Below, one piece after another: positions 10,624 to 22,437 of a stretch of DNA of 64,000 bases. Within the stretch, counting starts at the first letter, position 1. Each line of letters begins with the position of its first letter. Source of the DNA: Brucellaceae bacterium (GTDB lineage: Bacteria > Pseudomonadota > Alphaproteobacteria > Rhizobiales > Rhizobiaceae). The notes under the pieces were generated by a model. The model saw nothing but the letters and a program-made list of their open reading frames with translations. It was not told where the DNA came from and made no database searches. Location of the stretch: the NCBI GenBank assembly GCA_020637755.1, contig JACKJW010000009.1, positions 35,618-99,617 on the forward strand, given 5' to 3'. The position numbers and the translations under genes are program-made.

Positions 10624-11535
10624 ATGGTCACGCAACAGGACTTCCTCACCTCGCTCAACGCTCACGCCGACGACATCGGCGCCCTGCTCGATGCCTTGCT
10701 GTCTGCCGCCCCGCTGGAGGGCGAGATCTGCCGGCCGGACGGGCTGATGATGGCCATGCGCCACGGGGCGCTCAATGGCGGCAAGCGCCTGCGTCCCTGG
10801 CTGGTTGTTGAAAGCGCCGCCCTTTTCGGCGCCTCGGGCCCGGCAATCCTGCGCGTCGCGGCAAGTCTCGAATGCATTCATTGCTATTCGCTCGTTCATG
10901 ACGATCTTCCGGCCATGGATGATGACGATCTTCGCCGCGGCCAGCCCACCGTCCACAAGGCCTTTGATGAGGCGGCCGCCATCCTCGCTGGCGACAGCCT
11001 GCTGACCATCGCATTCGACATCCTTGCAGCTGAGGAAACCGTGCTCCCCGCCGACACGCGCGTTGCGCTGGTCACCCGGCTCGCACGGGCCGCGGGCGCT
11101 GGCGGCATGGCCGGAGGCCAGGCGCTCGACCTCGCCGCCGAAAGGACGAGCCCTGATGAGCGGGGCATCATTACACTGCAGGCCATGAAGACCGGTGCGC
11201 TCATCCGTTATGCCTGCGAAGCGGGTGCCCTCGCCGCTGGTGCCTCACAGGCCGATGTCGAACGGCTGGGAGCCTTCGGTTCGGCGATCGGCCTTGCCTT
11301 CCAGCTCGCCGACGACCTGCTCGACCTCACCGCTGGCCAGCACCAGCTCGGCAAGGCCACCGGCAAGGACGCCGCTGCCGGCAAGGCAACGCTGGCGGGC
11401 CTGCACGGGCAGGACTGGGCACGCCGCCAGTTGCAGGGTCTCGTGGACGAGGCAGCCGGGCTTCTGGCACCCTATGGCGATCGCGCTTCGATGCTCATCG
11501 AAGCTGCCCGCTTCGTGGCTTTGCGCGACCATTGA
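10624..11535 (+). CDS. ispA: Farnesyl diphosphate synthase / polyprenyl synthetase
   Basis: GGKRLRP, SLVHDDLPAMDDDDLRRG, FQLADDLLD. Confidence 0.93.
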   Translation: MVTQQDFLTSLNAHADDIGALLDALLSAAPLEGEICRPDGLMMAMRHGALNGGKRLRPWLVVESAALFGASGPAILRVAASLECIHCYSLVHDDLPAMDDDDLRRGQPTVHKAFDEAAAILAGDSLLTIAFDILAAEETVLPADTRVALVTRLARAAGAGGMAGGQALDLAAERTSPDERGIITLQAMKTGALIRYACEAGALAAGASQADVERLGAFGSAIGLAFQLADDLLDLTAGQHQLGKATGKDAAAGKATLAGLHGQDWARRQLQGLVDEAAGLLAPYGDRASMLIEAARFVALRDH

Positions 11536-11688
11536 CCTGACAAGCCACGGAACCGGCTCAACCGGCCTGGCTCTGACCAGTCAGGCCGCGGCAAATTTTC
11601 CGCCATGGTTTCCAGGTAGTTAAGCCGATTAATCGCACTTTAATATTATCAGGCGAAATCTGAGGGCAAAGACAACCGGAATTTGCCC

Positions 11689-14274
11689 ATGTCGAAAGTC
11701 CTCACCCGCGCCTATTTGCGTATCCGCATCATCCTGGCCATGACCCTTGTACTGGCCTGCGTGGCTGTCGGCACCGGATATGTCTACTGGAACACCGAGC
11801 AGACCAAGGCTTCGACCCAGTTCAACGTTCTGCTCTCTGATGCGGCCAACGCGACCGAGCAACTGCTCTTCCAGATCGGCCGTCTGGATGCCATGCGCCG
11901 CGATCCGCTCGACAAGGTCCGCGCGGCGAATGACGGTCAGGCTGACAGCAAACAGGCGATGGGCGAACTGGGCAGCGCCCTCACCCGCCTCGAGAAGACC
12001 TACGCGCTGATCGAGCAGGCCAGCGGCGCCGAAATGGCGATGAATGAGAGCAAGCGCCTGACCCTTGAGGAAAACGGTGCACAATCCGCCCACTCCGCGG
12101 ATGCCGCCCTCGGCCTCGAAAATCTCACGCTTCCCGCATCGCTGCGCGCGATATGGCAAGGTGATACGACCGGCTTCCGCCTGCGCTCCTCGCTGCTGGA
12201 AGTGATCACGCTCGCCAACCGCATTTCGCTCTACCGCGACCTGGAGTCCGATGCCGCAGCGCGCACCTTCCGGCAGGTCAGTCTTCTGGGCGGAAACAAG
12301 GTCCGTCCCGGTCTGGCCAATGTCAACCGGATGCTGGGCGTGGAGGTTGTCACAACCCAGTCGACGCTGATGAACGTCATGCTGCTGTCAGGCGCGCTGA
12401 TGCTTGCTGCCGTGCTGGTGATCGGGCTCACCATCCTTCTGCCGCTCGAAAAGGCGGTGATCTCGGCGCAGGATGCCCTTCACAAGTCGCGCTATGAGGC
12501 CGAAGCGGCCCGCGAGTTGGCCCAATCTGCGGACCGTGCGAAGTCGGAGTTTCTGGCGAACATGAGCCACGAGATCCGCACGCCGATGAACGGGGTTCTG
12601 GGCATGGCGGAACTTCTGGCCAAGACCTCGCTGGATGCGCGCCAGAAGACGTTCACCGATGTCATCGTCAAGTCGGGCAACGCGCTGCTGACCATCATCA
12701 ACGACATTCTCGACTTCTCCAAGATCGACGCCGGCCAGCTCGAGCTCGACCCCGCCCCCTTCAAGCTCGGCGAGGCGGTGGAGGATGTCGCCACGCTGGT
12801 TTCCACCAAGGTGGCCGAGAAGGACCTCGAACTGATCGTGCGCATCGATCCGCGCCTGCCCGCCTTCGTCTCCGGCGACGTCGGCCGCATCCGCCAGATC
12901 GTGACCAACCTGATGGGCAATGCCGTCAAGTTCACCGAGCAGGGCCATGTGCTGGTCGATGTCTCGGGCTCCGTGACCGGCGGCATCGCCCGTGTCACCG
13001 TGCGCGTCGAGGATACCGGCATCGGCATTCCCGACGACAAGCTCAAGACCGTCTTCGACAAGTTCGCGCAGGTGGACGGCTCCTCCACCCGCCGCCACGA
13101 GGGCACCGGCCTGGGACTGGCCATCGCCTCGCGCCTGGTCGAGCTGATGGGCGGCGAGATGGGTGTGGAATCGCAGTTCGGCCGCGGCTCCACCTTCTGG
13201 TTCACCGTGCCGCTGCCGGTTGCCGAGACCGGCTGGGAGCAAAAGCCCGTGCCCGTCGATGTCACCGGCGCCCGCGTGCTGGTGATCGACGACAACCCGG
13301 TCAACCGTGCCATCCTGACCGAGCAGCTCGGCTCCTGGCACTTCGAGAGCGCGGCCGCCGAATCCGGCCCCGTCGGCCTCGCCTTTGTCGACAAGGCCTC
13401 CGAGATGGGCATCGCCATCGACTGCATCATCCTCGACTACCAGATGCCCGGCATGAACGGCGAGGACGTGCTGGCAGCCCTGCGTGCGCGGCCATCGGGC
13501 GCGGACCTGCCGGTCATCATGCTGACCTCCGTCGACCAGGCGGATTTCGGGCGCATGGTGATGGAACACGGCATCGAGGCACACCTGACCAAGCCGGCGC
13601 GCTCGTCGCTGCTGCTGGAGACCATCGTGGACGTGCTGCAGAAAGCGCGCAACAAGCCCGCCCCGCGCCCCGCTTCCATGCAGGAACTGGCCGCCATGGC
13701 GTCCGGCCAGACCGCCGCACCGGCAGCACCGCCGTCACCCGCAGCGCCCACTGCACCGCGAGCCGTCCGGGACGTTCCCGTGCCGCAGGCCGCCCCGTCA
13801 CCCGTGCCGCAGCCACAGGTACCGGCCGCCGTGCAGGAGGAGCCGCGACGCACCGAGCGCCGCTTCAACGGGGCCGCACCCGAAAGGCTCGACGTGCTCG
13901 TCGCCGAGGACAACGAGGTCAACCAGCTGGTCTTCACGCAGATCCTCAACGGTCTGGGCGTGACCTACCGGATCGTCGGCAACGGAAGGCTGGCCGTCGA
14001 GGCCCACCGCCAGCACAGCCCCGCCGTCGTGGTGATGGATGTTTCCATGCCCGAGATGAACGGCATCGAGGCGACCGGGCAATTGCGCCTGACCGACGCG
14101 GAACGCGGCACCCACACGCCAGTCATCGGCGTCACCGCCCATGCGCTCAAGGGCGACCGCGAACGCTGCATCAATGCCGGGATGGACGACTACCTCTCCA
14201 AACCCGTCTCGCCTGACAAGCTCGCCGACAAGATCACAAAGTGGATGCACGAAGCAAAACGCAACGCTGCCTGA
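11689..14274 (+). CDS. Hybrid sensor histidine kinase (2 TM, HisKA, HATPase, two receivers)
   Basis: [16 protein letters not shown]-box, NAVKFT, DTGIGI, GTGLGL; receivers IILDYQMP and VVMDVSMP. Confidence 0.93.
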   Translation: MSKVLTRAYLRIRIILAMTLVLACVAVGTGYVYWNTEQTKASTQFNVLLSDAANATEQLLFQIGRLDAMRRDPLDKVRAANDGQADSKQAMGELGSALTRLEKTYALIEQASGAEMAMNESKRLTLEENGAQSAHSADAALGLENLTLPASLRAIWQGDTTGFRLRSSLLEVITLANRISLYRDLESDAAARTFRQVSLLGGNKVRPGLANVNRMLGVEVVTTQSTLMNVMLLSGALMLAAVLVIGLTILLPLEKAVISAQDALHKSRYEAEAARELAQSADRAKSEFLANMSHEIRTPMNGVLGMAELLAKTSLDARQKTFTDVIVKSGNALLTIINDILDFSKIDAGQLELDPAPFKLGEAVEDVATLVSTKVAEKDLELIVRIDPRLPAFVSGDVGRIRQIVTNLMGNAVKFTEQGHVLVDVSGSVTGGIARVTVRVEDTGIGIPDDKLKTVFDKFAQVDGSSTRRHEGTGLGLAIASRLVELMGGEMGVESQFGRGSTFWFTVPLPVAETGWEQKPVPVDVTGARVLVIDDNPVNRAILTEQLGSWHFESAAAESGPVGLAFVDKASEMGIAIDCIILDYQMPGMNGEDVLAALRARPSGADLPVIMLTSVDQADFGRMVMEHGIEAHLTKPARSSLLLETIVDVLQKARNKPAPRPASMQELAAMASGQTAAPAAPPSPAAPTAPRAVRDVPVPQAAPSPVPQPQVPAAVQEEPRRTERRFNGAAPERLDVLVAEDNEVNQLVFTQILNGLGVTYRIVGNGRLAVEAHRQHSPAVVVMDVSMPEMNGIEATGQLRLTDAERGTHTPVIGVTAHALKGDRERCINAGMDDYLSKPVSPDKLADKITKWMHEAKRNAA
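12520..14274 (+). repeat. ~1.75 kb direct repeat, copy 1 (kinase/receiver module)
   Basis: Matches 15267-17021 at offset 2747; the only differences seen are synonymous changes near both ends. Confidence 0.95.
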
Positions 14275-14405
14275 AAACTTGCATGATTATCTCATCAATA
14301 AGCTTGAAAAGGTCAATGATTAACAAATTCATATGAAATATGACCATTTTTATCAAAATTTTTACAATGTACGTCTCATTTATAATCCTATGAAAGCGGG
14401 GCTAC

Positions 14406-17021
14406 ATGGCTAATTTTCTAGAAAACATATCGATTTCCCGAAAAATCATCCTGAGCGTTGGGTTGACACTTGTCGCCCTGCTTGTCCCGTTGATGGCATG
14501 GATCATCTATTCTGAACTGACCGAGATAAGGGCGCAAGCCGGGCATCAGGCGGAAACCGCCATCGACATGCTGGAAGCCGTCCACGTCAATTCCATGCTC
14601 AACCGCAGCCAGGTTGAGGACAACGACCCCGCCGTCCAGACCCTCAACGGAACCATGGAACAATTTTCCGACCGTTCGCAGGGCGTGAAGCTCTGGCTCG
14701 TGATGGGCGAGAAGATCCTGGATTTCCAGCAGAAGTCCGGTCACGACGAGCTCGAAGGGCCACAGGACGATATTGATCGCAAGGCGCTGGAAACAGCCAG
14801 CAAGGTGAGCGAGACCAGCGGCACCACCACCCGCGTGACCCGTCCCGTCCTGCTTGGCCAGGGAACGGCCGCCGATCCCAAATGCGCCAGTTGTCACACC
14901 GGCCTGATGGGCGTCCAAAAAGACGAGGCCTTTGGCGCCTACAGTGCCGCTGTCGACATGACGGCTTCGCTGGCCGCCTGGAAGTCGCGGGCCATGATCC
15001 AGGCCGGTTCCGGCCTGCTGCTGATCCTCAGCATCCTGGGCACCACTGTCGCCATGCTGCACTGGACCGTGGTGAAACCGATCAACCTGCTGGCCGGCAC
15101 GACGAAAAGCATTGCCAGCGGAGACATGTCCGTTGACATCGCCGGGACCGACCGCCGCGACGTGATTGGCGCGATGGCCCGCGCGCTGAAGGTGTTCCGC
15201 CGCAATTCCGAGGAAAACCACCGGCTCGAAATCGAGCGCCTGCGCTCGGTCGAGGTCGCCGAGGCTGCCCAATCTGCGGACCGCGCAAAGTCGGAGTTTC
15301 TGGCGAACATGAGCCACGAGATCCGCACGCCGATGAACGGGGTTCTGGGCATGGCGGAGCTTCTGGCCAAGACCTCGCTGGATGCGCGCCAGAAGACGTT
15401 CACCGATGTCATCGTCAAGTCGGGCAACGCGCTGCTGACCATCATCAACGACATTCTCGACTTCTCCAAGATCGACGCCGGCCAGCTCGAGCTCGACCCC
15501 GCCCCCTTCAAGCTCGGCGAGGCGGTGGAGGATGTCGCCACGCTGGTTTCCACCAAGGTGGCCGAGAAGGACCTCGAACTGATCGTGCGCATCGATCCGC
15601 GCCTGCCCGCCTTCGTCTCCGGCGACGTCGGCCGCATCCGCCAGATCGTGACCAACCTGATGGGCAATGCCGTCAAGTTCACCGAGCAGGGCCATGTGCT
15701 GGTCGATGTCTCGGGCTCCGTGACCGGCGGCATCGCCCGTGTCACCGTGCGCGTCGAGGATACCGGCATCGGCATTCCCGACGACAAGCTCAAGACCGTC
15801 TTCGACAAGTTCGCGCAGGTGGACGGCTCCTCCACCCGCCGCCACGAGGGCACCGGCCTGGGACTGGCCATCGCCTCGCGCCTGGTCGAGCTGATGGGCG
15901 GCGAGATGGGTGTGGAATCGCAGTTCGGCCGCGGCTCCACCTTCTGGTTCACCGTGCCGCTGCCGGTTGCCGAGACCGGCTGGGAGCAAAAGCCCGTGCC
16001 CGTCGATGTCACCGGCGCCCGCGTGCTGGTGATCGACGACAACCCGGTCAACCGTGCCATCCTGACCGAGCAGCTCGGCTCCTGGCACTTCGAGAGCGCG
16101 GCCGCCGAATCCGGCCCCGTCGGCCTCGCCTTTGTCGACAAGGCCTCCGAGATGGGCATCGCCATCGACTGCATCATCCTCGACTACCAGATGCCCGGCA
16201 TGAACGGCGAGGACGTGCTGGCAGCCCTGCGTGCGCGGCCATCGGGCGCGGACCTGCCGGTCATCATGCTGACCTCCGTCGACCAGGCGGATTTCGGGCG
16301 CATGGTGATGGAACACGGCATCGAGGCACACCTGACCAAGCCGGCGCGCTCGTCGCTGCTGCTGGAGACCATCGTGGACGTGCTGCAGAAAGCGCGCAAC
16401 AAGCCCGCCCCGCGCCCCGCTTCCATGCAGGAACTGGCCGCCATGGCGTCCGGCCAGACCGCCGCACCGGCAGCACCGCCGTCACCCGCAGCGCCCACTG
16501 CACCGCGAGCCGTCCGGGACGTTCCCGTGCCGCAGGCCGCCCCGTCACCCGTGCCGCAGCCACAGGTACCGGCCGCCGTGCAGGAGGAGCCGCGACGCAC
16601 CGAGCGCCGCTTCAACGGGGCCGCACCCGAAAGGCTCGACGTGCTCGTCGCCGAGGACAACGAGGTCAACCAGCTGGTCTTCACGCAGATCCTCAACGGT
16701 CTGGGCGTGACCTACCGGATCGTCGGCAACGGAAGGCTGGCCGTCGAGGCCCACCGCCAGCACAGCCCCGCCGTCGTGGTGATGGATGTTTCCATGCCCG
16801 AGATGAACGGCATCGAGGCGACCGGGCAATTGCGCCTGACCGACGCGGAACGCGGCACCCACACGCCAGTCATCGGCGTCACCGCCCATGCGCTCAAGGG
16901 CGACCGCGAACGCTGCATCAATGCCGGGATGGACGACTACCTCTCCAAACCCGTCTCGCCTGACAAGCTCGCCGACAAGATCACAAAGTGGATGCACGAA
17001 GCAAAACGCAATGCGGCGTGA
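14406..17021 (+). CDS. Hybrid sensor histidine kinase with CxxCH periplasmic domain and HAMP
   Basis: TM-periplasmic (KCASCH)-TM-HAMP (PINLLA...[12 protein letters not shown]), then the same kinase/receiver module as the upstream gene. Confidence 0.93.
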   Translation: MANFLENISISRKIILSVGLTLVALLVPLMAWIIYSELTEIRAQAGHQAETAIDMLEAVHVNSMLNRSQVEDNDPAVQTLNGTMEQFSDRSQGVKLWLVMGEKILDFQQKSGHDELEGPQDDIDRKALETASKVSETSGTTTRVTRPVLLGQGTAADPKCASCHTGLMGVQKDEAFGAYSAAVDMTASLAAWKSRAMIQAGSGLLLILSILGTTVAMLHWTVVKPINLLAGTTKSIASGDMSVDIAGTDRRDVIGAMARALKVFRRNSEENHRLEIERLRSVEVAEAAQSADRAKSEFLANMSHEIRTPMNGVLGMAELLAKTSLDARQKTFTDVIVKSGNALLTIINDILDFSKIDAGQLELDPAPFKLGEAVEDVATLVSTKVAEKDLELIVRIDPRLPAFVSGDVGRIRQIVTNLMGNAVKFTEQGHVLVDVSGSVTGGIARVTVRVEDTGIGIPDDKLKTVFDKFAQVDGSSTRRHEGTGLGLAIASRLVELMGGEMGVESQFGRGSTFWFTVPLPVAETGWEQKPVPVDVTGARVLVIDDNPVNRAILTEQLGSWHFESAAAESGPVGLAFVDKASEMGIAIDCIILDYQMPGMNGEDVLAALRARPSGADLPVIMLTSVDQADFGRMVMEHGIEAHLTKPARSSLLLETIVDVLQKARNKPAPRPASMQELAAMASGQTAAPAAPPSPAAPTAPRAVRDVPVPQAAPSPVPQPQVPAAVQEEPRRTERRFNGAAPERLDVLVAEDNEVNQLVFTQILNGLGVTYRIVGNGRLAVEAHRQHSPAVVVMDVSMPEMNGIEATGQLRLTDAERGTHTPVIGVTAHALKGDRERCINAGMDDYLSKPVSPDKLADKITKWMHEAKRNAA
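15267..17021 (+). repeat. ~1.75 kb direct repeat, copy 2
   Basis: Matches 12520-14274. Confidence 0.95.
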
Positions 17022-17024
17022 GTT

Positions 17025-17912
17025 TCAGCGATTGCGCAACACGACACAGGCGCCGCCTGCCTGCTTGAGGGTCGCGCAGATGCGGTCGGCCTCGCCACGG
17101 CTGTCAGCTCCGATGCGCACCGCATAGACGCCGCGCCGCCCCATCGGCGAGCGGATGCGGCTGACCACCGGCTCATGGCCCGCAAGCACCTTGGCAAATC
17201 GAGACCGCAGCCGCTGCCATTGGCCGACCGCAGCCGAACGGCGGAAATTTCCCGCGACCTGGATGCCCCACGGCTTCAGCCGGATGCGCGCCATCGGCAC
17301 GGTCGCCGACATGATGACCGGAAGCTTGCGGCAGGCCGCGTCGAAGCCGAGCTTGTCATCCAGCGGCTTGATGACAGCCTGACGCGCCGCATCGGCAAAG
17401 GTTTCCGCGGGCTCCCCCAGGATATCGAGCACATAGGCTTCCGTTTCGAGCGGCAGCCAGCCGCCACCGGCAATCCAGCGGCCGAGACGCCCCTCGCCCG
17501 CATTGTAGCCGATGGCCGCGCGGCCGAGATTGCCGTAGGCCGCCTTCATCTCAGCCAGATAGGCCGCCGATGCCGGGATGGCCTGTTCCATGGAAAAACT
17601 GTCGGCGAGGCCCCGCAATTTTGCCGTGCCGGGCATGAACTGCGCAATGCCCTCGGCTCCGGCCGGGCTGACCGCATTGGGGTCGAACCGGCTTTCCTTC
17701 CAGATCAGCCGGGCAAAAAAGGCCCTGGGCAGCCCGTGGCGGTCGGCATTGTTGCGGATGAGGGTGCACACCTTGTCCAGATGCACCGCCTTGTCCGCCA
17801 ACGCAGCTTGTTTCTGCGGCGGCGCAACCTCGTCCTCTTCGGCTGCAGCAGGAACCGCAAGCGCTGTCAACACCGCCAGTGCAGCCGTCAGGATCGCACT
17901 GCGGCACCGCAC
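17025..17912 (-). CDS. Lytic transglycosylase (SLT domain) with C-terminal SPOR-like domain
   Basis: LIWKESRFDPNAVSPAGAEGIAQFMP, GYNAG; C-terminal WGIQVAG...C..LKQAGGAC. Confidence 0.88.
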   Translation of the reverse strand: MRCRSAILTAALAVLTALAVPAAAEEDEVAPPQKQAALADKAVHLDKVCTLIRNNADRHGLPRAFFARLIWKESRFDPNAVSPAGAEGIAQFMPGTAKLRGLADSFSMEQAIPASAAYLAEMKAAYGNLGRAAIGYNAGEGRLGRWIAGGGWLPLETEAYVLDILGEPAETFADAARQAVIKPLDDKLGFDAACRKLPVIMSATVPMARIRLKPWGIQVAGNFRRSAAVGQWQRLRSRFAKVLAGHEPVVSRIRSPMGRRGVYAVRIGADSRGEADRICATLKQAGGACVVLRNR

Positions 17913-17916
17913 CGGC

Positions 17917-19170
17917 CTATTCCGCAGCCGAACTGTGCCGGTGGCCGAACTTGCGCTCGATATAGTCGGCCACCATCACCTGGAACTCTGCCGCGATGTT
18001 CGGCCCGCGCAGCGTCGCCGCCTTCTGCCCGTCGATGAAGACGGGAGCAGACGGCGCCTCGCCGGTTCCAGGCAGTGAAATGCCGATATTGGCGTGCTTG
18101 CTCTCGCCCGGCCCGTTGACGATGCACCCCATGACAGCCACCGTCAGCGCCTCGACGCCGGGATATTTGTCGCGCCAGACCGGCATGTTGGTCCGGATGT
18201 CATCCTGGATCTTCTGCGCCAGCTCCTGGAACACGGTGGACGTGGTCCGCCCGCATCCCGGGCAGGCCGCCACCACCGGCACGAATTGCCGGAAGCCCAT
18301 GGTCTGGAGCAATTCCTGCCCGACCTGCACCTCGCGCGTGCGGTCTCCGCCCGGCTCCGGTGTCAGCGAGATGCGGATCGTGTCGCCGATGCCCTGTTGC
18401 AGCAGGATGCCCATGGCCGCCGACGAGGCGACAATGCCCTTCGATCCCATGCCGGCTTCGGTCAGGCCCAGATGCAGCGCATGGTCCGAGCGCGCGGCCA
18501 GCATCGTGTAGACGGCGATCAGGTCCTGCACCTGGCTCACCTTGGCCGACAGGATGATCTTGTCGCGGCCCATGCCCATGGCCTCGGCCAGGTCCGCCGA
18601 GAGCAACGCCGATTGCACGATGGCTTCACGCATCACCTCGACGGCGGTCAGCGGTGCGCCCTGCGCATGGTTCTCGTCCATCAGCCGCGTCAGCAGGGCT
18701 TGGTCGAGCGAACCCCAGTTGACGCCGATGCGCACCGGCTTGCCGTGCCGCATGGCCGTCTCGATGATCGCGCCGAACTGCTTGTCCTTCTTGTCCTTGA
18801 AGCCGACATTGCCGGGATTGATACGATATTTCGCCAGCGCCTCTGCGCAGGCCGGGTGATTGGCCAGCAGCTTGTGGCCGATATAGTGGAAATCGCCGAC
18901 CAGCGGCACATGCACGCCCAGCCGGTCGAGCCGATCGCGGATATGCGGCACCTGTGCGGCGGCCTCGTCGCGGTCGACCGTGATGCGCACGATCTCCGAC
19001 CCGGCCCGCGCCAGCGCGGCAACCTGTTTCACCGTGGCATCGGCATCCGCCGTGTCGGTGTTGGTCATGGACTGCACCACGACGGGAGCGCCGCCCCCCA
19101 CCATCACGCCGCCGACATCGACACCAACGGTCTGCTTGCGCGGGAAGGGCGCGGAGAAATAGGTCGTCAT
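17917..19170 (-). CDS. ispG: (E)-4-hydroxy-3-methylbut-2-enyl-diphosphate synthase
   Basis: [41 protein letters not shown]. Confidence 0.96.
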   Translation of the reverse strand: MTTYFSAPFPRKQTVGVDVGGVMVGGGAPVVVQSMTNTDTADADATVKQVAALARAGSEIVRITVDRDEAAAQVPHIRDRLDRLGVHVPLVGDFHYIGHKLLANHPACAEALAKYRINPGNVGFKDKKDKQFGAIIETAMRHGKPVRIGVNWGSLDQALLTRLMDENHAQGAPLTAVEVMREAIVQSALLSADLAEAMGMGRDKIILSAKVSQVQDLIAVYTMLAARSDHALHLGLTEAGMGSKGIVASSAAMGILLQQGIGDTIRISLTPEPGGDRTREVQVGQELLQTMGFRQFVPVVAACPGCGRTTSTVFQELAQKIQDDIRTNMPVWRDKYPGVEALTVAVMGCIVNGPGESKHANIGISLPGTGEAPSAPVFIDGQKAATLRGPNIAAEFQVMVADYIERKFGHRHSSAAE

Positions 19171-19354
19171 GCTGCGATCATCCATCTGCAATCGGCTTTC
19201 GTGTGGCGCGTCCGGGCCCGGCTTGTCAACGGTGTCGCCAAAATCGTGACCGCAGTTTGACAGCCTTTGCCGCCGCCATACGACTTGTATCCCTGTTGCG
19301 GCGAGCCGGATAAGATGCTGCTATGCAGCAAAATCATCCAGGAAGGATTCGCAC

Positions 19355-20143
19355 ATGAGCGAGACACGCACCGCCGTTATCACCGGCTCAACATCGGGTA
19401 TCGGGCTGGGCATCGCCCACGCTTTCGCTGCACAGGGTTGCAACATCGTTGTCAATTCTTTTTCCGATACCCAGCAGGACCATGACGTCACCAGGGAAAT
19501 TGCAGACAGCCATGGCGTCAAGGCACTCTATGTGCAGGCCGACATGTCGAAGCCGGATCAGTGCCGGGCACTGGTTGAAAAGGCTGCGGCGCAATTCGGC
19601 ACGGTGGATATCCTCGTCAACAATGCCGGGATCCAGCATGTTGCCAAGATCGAGGAGTTCCCGATCGAGAAATGGGACGCCATTCTGGCGATCAACCTGT
19701 CGTCAGCCTTCCACACCATTGCAGCTGCCATGCCATTGATGAAAAAGGCCGGGCGCGGGCGCATCATCAATGTCGCCTCGGCACACGGGCTGACAGCCTC
19801 GCCCTACAAGTCGGCCTATATTGCCGCCAAGCACGGCGTTGTCGGGCTGACGAAGACCGTGGCGCTGGAAATGGCGGAGGCCAAGCTGGCCGCAACCTGC
19901 AACGCGATTTGCCCCGGCTATGTGCTGACCCCACTGGTCGAAGGCCAGATCGCCGACCAGATGAAGACCCACCGCATGAGCCGTGAAGAAGTGCTCGACA
20001 AGGTGATGCTGACCCGTCAGCCAACCCGCGAATTTGCCACCGTGGACCAGATCGGCGCTACTGCGGTGTTCCTTGCCTCCGATGCCGCCGCGCAGATCAC
20101 CGGTACGACGATTTCCGTCGATGGCGGCTGGACGGCGCTGTAA
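19355..20143 (+). CDS. bdhA: D-3-hydroxybutyrate dehydrogenase
   Basis: TGSTSGIG, NNAGIQHVA, ASAHGL.ASPYKSAY.AAKHG. Confidence 0.92.
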   Translation: MSETRTAVITGSTSGIGLGIAHAFAAQGCNIVVNSFSDTQQDHDVTREIADSHGVKALYVQADMSKPDQCRALVEKAAAQFGTVDILVNNAGIQHVAKIEEFPIEKWDAILAINLSSAFHTIAAAMPLMKKAGRGRIINVASAHGLTASPYKSAYIAAKHGVVGLTKTVALEMAEAKLAATCNAICPGYVLTPLVEGQIADQMKTHRMSREEVLDKVMLTRQPTREFATVDQIGATAVFLASDAAAQITGTTISVDGGWTAL

Positions 20144-20175
20144 CGGGCGCGCCCGGAAGCGCAAGGAAACCCGCC

Positions 20176-21288
20176 ATGGCTGCAAACGGCACACCTGAAG
20201 CAAGACCCGTAAACCTCGCCCTGCAGGGCGGCGGCTCGCATGGTGCCTTCACCTGGGGTGTGCTGGACCGCCTGCTGGAAGACGGCAGGCTGGAGTTCCC
20301 GGCCATTTCCGGCACCTCCGCCGGAGCCATGAACGCGGTCGCCCTGGCGGACGGCTGGGCGCGCGGCGGCCGTGACGGCGCACGCGAAAAGCTGCAGGAT
20401 TTCTGGCGCGCCGTCGGTCTGAAAGGACGCTTTTCGCCGATCCAGCGCACACCGCTCGACATGCTGCTTGGCAACTGGTCGGTGGCCAACAACCCGGCCT
20501 ACCTGTGGCTGGAATTCCTGTCGCGCACCATTTCCCCCTCCATGGCCAATCCGCTCGGCATCAACCCCCTGCGCGATGTGGTGGAAGCCGAGATCGACTT
20601 TGAGCGGGTGCGCGGCTGCAGGGCGCTGGAGCTGTTCATCTCGGCGACAAATGTCGAAACCGGAAAGTTGACCGTCTTCGATCATCGTCAGCTCGATATT
20701 GACCACGTCATGGCCTCCGCCTGCCTGCCCACCATCTTTCCCGCCGTGGAAATTGACGGGGTGCCCTATTGGGACGGCGGCTATGGTGGCAATCCGGCGC
20801 TCTATCCGTTCTTCTATGCCAATGGTGTGGAGGATGTGTTGCTGGTGCAGATCAACCCCATCCTGCGTCCGGGCGCGCCGGCAACGGCCCGCGAAATCCA
20901 GAACCGCATTGACGAGATCACCTTCAACGCGGCGCTGCTACGCGAGTTGCGCGCCATCGCCTTCGTCAAGAAGCTGCTGGAAAATGGCAATGTCGATCAT
21001 CGCCAGTACCGGGATATCCGCATGCACCGCATCGATGCCGATGAGGCCCTGGCGGGTCTGTCGGCCGATTCCAAGGTGTCGGCGGAATGGGAATTCCTGA
21101 AATACCTGCGCGATCTTGGCCGCGCCGCGGCTGAGGACTGGCTGGAGGAAGGCGCTGCCAATGTCGGCCACAAGCCCGGCATCGACCTGTCCGATGAGCT
21201 TGAGGCCGGCATGGAACCGGCGGGCCGCCGCACACTCGGACGCCGGGTGCGCGACTTCTTGGCCGGTCACCGCCGCCCGCGCACCTGA
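20176..21288 (+). CDS. Patatin-like phospholipase/esterase
   Basis: LQGGGSHG, GTSAG, WDGG motifs. Confidence 0.9.
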   Translation: MAANGTPEARPVNLALQGGGSHGAFTWGVLDRLLEDGRLEFPAISGTSAGAMNAVALADGWARGGRDGAREKLQDFWRAVGLKGRFSPIQRTPLDMLLGNWSVANNPAYLWLEFLSRTISPSMANPLGINPLRDVVEAEIDFERVRGCRALELFISATNVETGKLTVFDHRQLDIDHVMASACLPTIFPAVEIDGVPYWDGGYGGNPALYPFFYANGVEDVLLVQINPILRPGAPATAREIQNRIDEITFNAALLRELRAIAFVKKLLENGNVDHRQYRDIRMHRIDADEALAGLSADSKVSAEWEFLKYLRDLGRAAAEDWLEEGAANVGHKPGIDLSDELEAGMEPAGRRTLGRRVRDFLAGHRRPRT

Positions 21289-21297
21289 CCGGTCCGT

Positions 21298-21879
21298 TCA
21301 GCCAATCGCCGCAAATTGCAGGTCGAGGAAACGCTCCAGCGCAGCACGGCGCGCGTCGGGATCCACAAGCCGGGACTTCATGCCTTCCACAAAATCGGAG
21401 AGCTGCTCGGCCAGAACGGCACCGCTGAAGGGTTCCGGCACCCCCGCTTCCTCGTAGACCGGGGCGAGCAGCACCTGTTTGCGCTGACGCCACTCGGCCA
21501 TCCATCCGGGCGGCATGCCCGTGCTCATCGATATGAGCTCGGCACCGTGTGGCGTCGCCTCCATCTGCGCCATCATGTCCAGCACGCCTTCGCCCATGGC
21601 AGCCGCAATCCGGGCACGAGAAGAACCCGGCTGTTCGAGCACCTGCGCCATGACGGCCAGTGACTTTTCGCGCATGGCCGTCGCACCGGCTTCATAGATC
21701 TGCTGCTTGTTGCGAAAGAACTGGTAGAGCGCGGGCCGCGACATGCCGGCCGACTGCGCAATGTCATCCATCGTCACGCGCGCAAATCCGTAGGCCATGA
21801 AACGGCCGAGCGCAGCAGTCACGATCAGGGCGCTGCGGCTGTCTGAGGCCGGTGCGAGCATCTGGTTCATGAACATCAT
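21298..21879 (-). CDS. TetR/AcrR family regulator
   Basis: YGFARVTMDDIAQSAGMSRPALYQFFRNK HTH; true start is one of the ATGs at 21870-21879, not the long ORF-track start. Confidence 0.88.
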   Translation of the reverse strand: MMFMNQMLAPASDSRSALIVTAALGRFMAYGFARVTMDDIAQSAGMSRPALYQFFRNKQQIYEAGATAMREKSLAVMAQVLEQPGSSRARIAAAMGEGVLDMMAQMEATPHGAELISMSTGMPPGWMAEWRQRKQVLLAPVYEEAGVPEPFSGAVLAEQLSDFVEGMKSRLVDPDARRAALERFLDLQFAAIG

Positions 21880-21900
21880 GTTAGCCCGCCCGGTCCGCCT

Positions 21901-21932
21901 TGACAATCTGACATTTTGACGAATATTGTCAG
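21901..21932. promoter_or_regulatory. Candidate TetR operator / divergent promoter
   Basis: CTGACA-N13-TGTCAG and TGACAAT/ATTGTCA inverted repeats between tetR and iorA. Confidence 0.55.
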
Positions 21933-21978
21933 AACGTAATTCTTTAGGCCATGTTCTTGGGCATGGCGGGAGGCAAGC

Positions 21979-22437
21979 ATGCAACTGACCGTGAACGGCA
22001 AGCTCCATGAGCTGGATGTCGAGCCTGACATGCCGCTGCTCTGGGTGCTGCGCGACGAGCTCGACATGACCGGCACGAAATACGGCTGCGGCATTGCGGC
22101 CTGCGGGGCCTGCACCGTTCACATCGATGGCGTCGCCACCCGCTCCTGCCAGACCGCTGCCGGCGACGTGGAAGGCGAAGTGACCACCATTGAAGGTCTC
22201 GGAAATCCGCAGGCGCTTCACGCTGTGCAGGCCGCATGGATCGCCCATCAGGTTGCCCAATGCGGCTATTGCCAGTCCGGTCAGATCATGACCGCCGCCG
22301 CCTTCCTGTCGGAAAATCCCGACCCGACCGATGCGGATATCGATGAAGCCATGGCCGGAAACCTCTGCCGCTGCGGCACCTATCCGCGCATCCGTGAGGC
22401 CGTGAAGACGGCGGCCGCAAAGCTCCGGGAGGCCTGA
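21979..22437 (+). CDS. Molybdenum hydroxylase 2Fe-2S subunit (IorA-like)
   Basis: [27 protein letters not shown]. Confidence 0.93.
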   Translation: MQLTVNGKLHELDVEPDMPLLWVLRDELDMTGTKYGCGIAACGACTVHIDGVATRSCQTAAGDVEGEVTTIEGLGNPQALHAVQAAWIAHQVAQCGYCQSGQIMTAAAFLSENPDPTDADIDEAMAGNLCRCGTYPRIREAVKTAAAKLREA

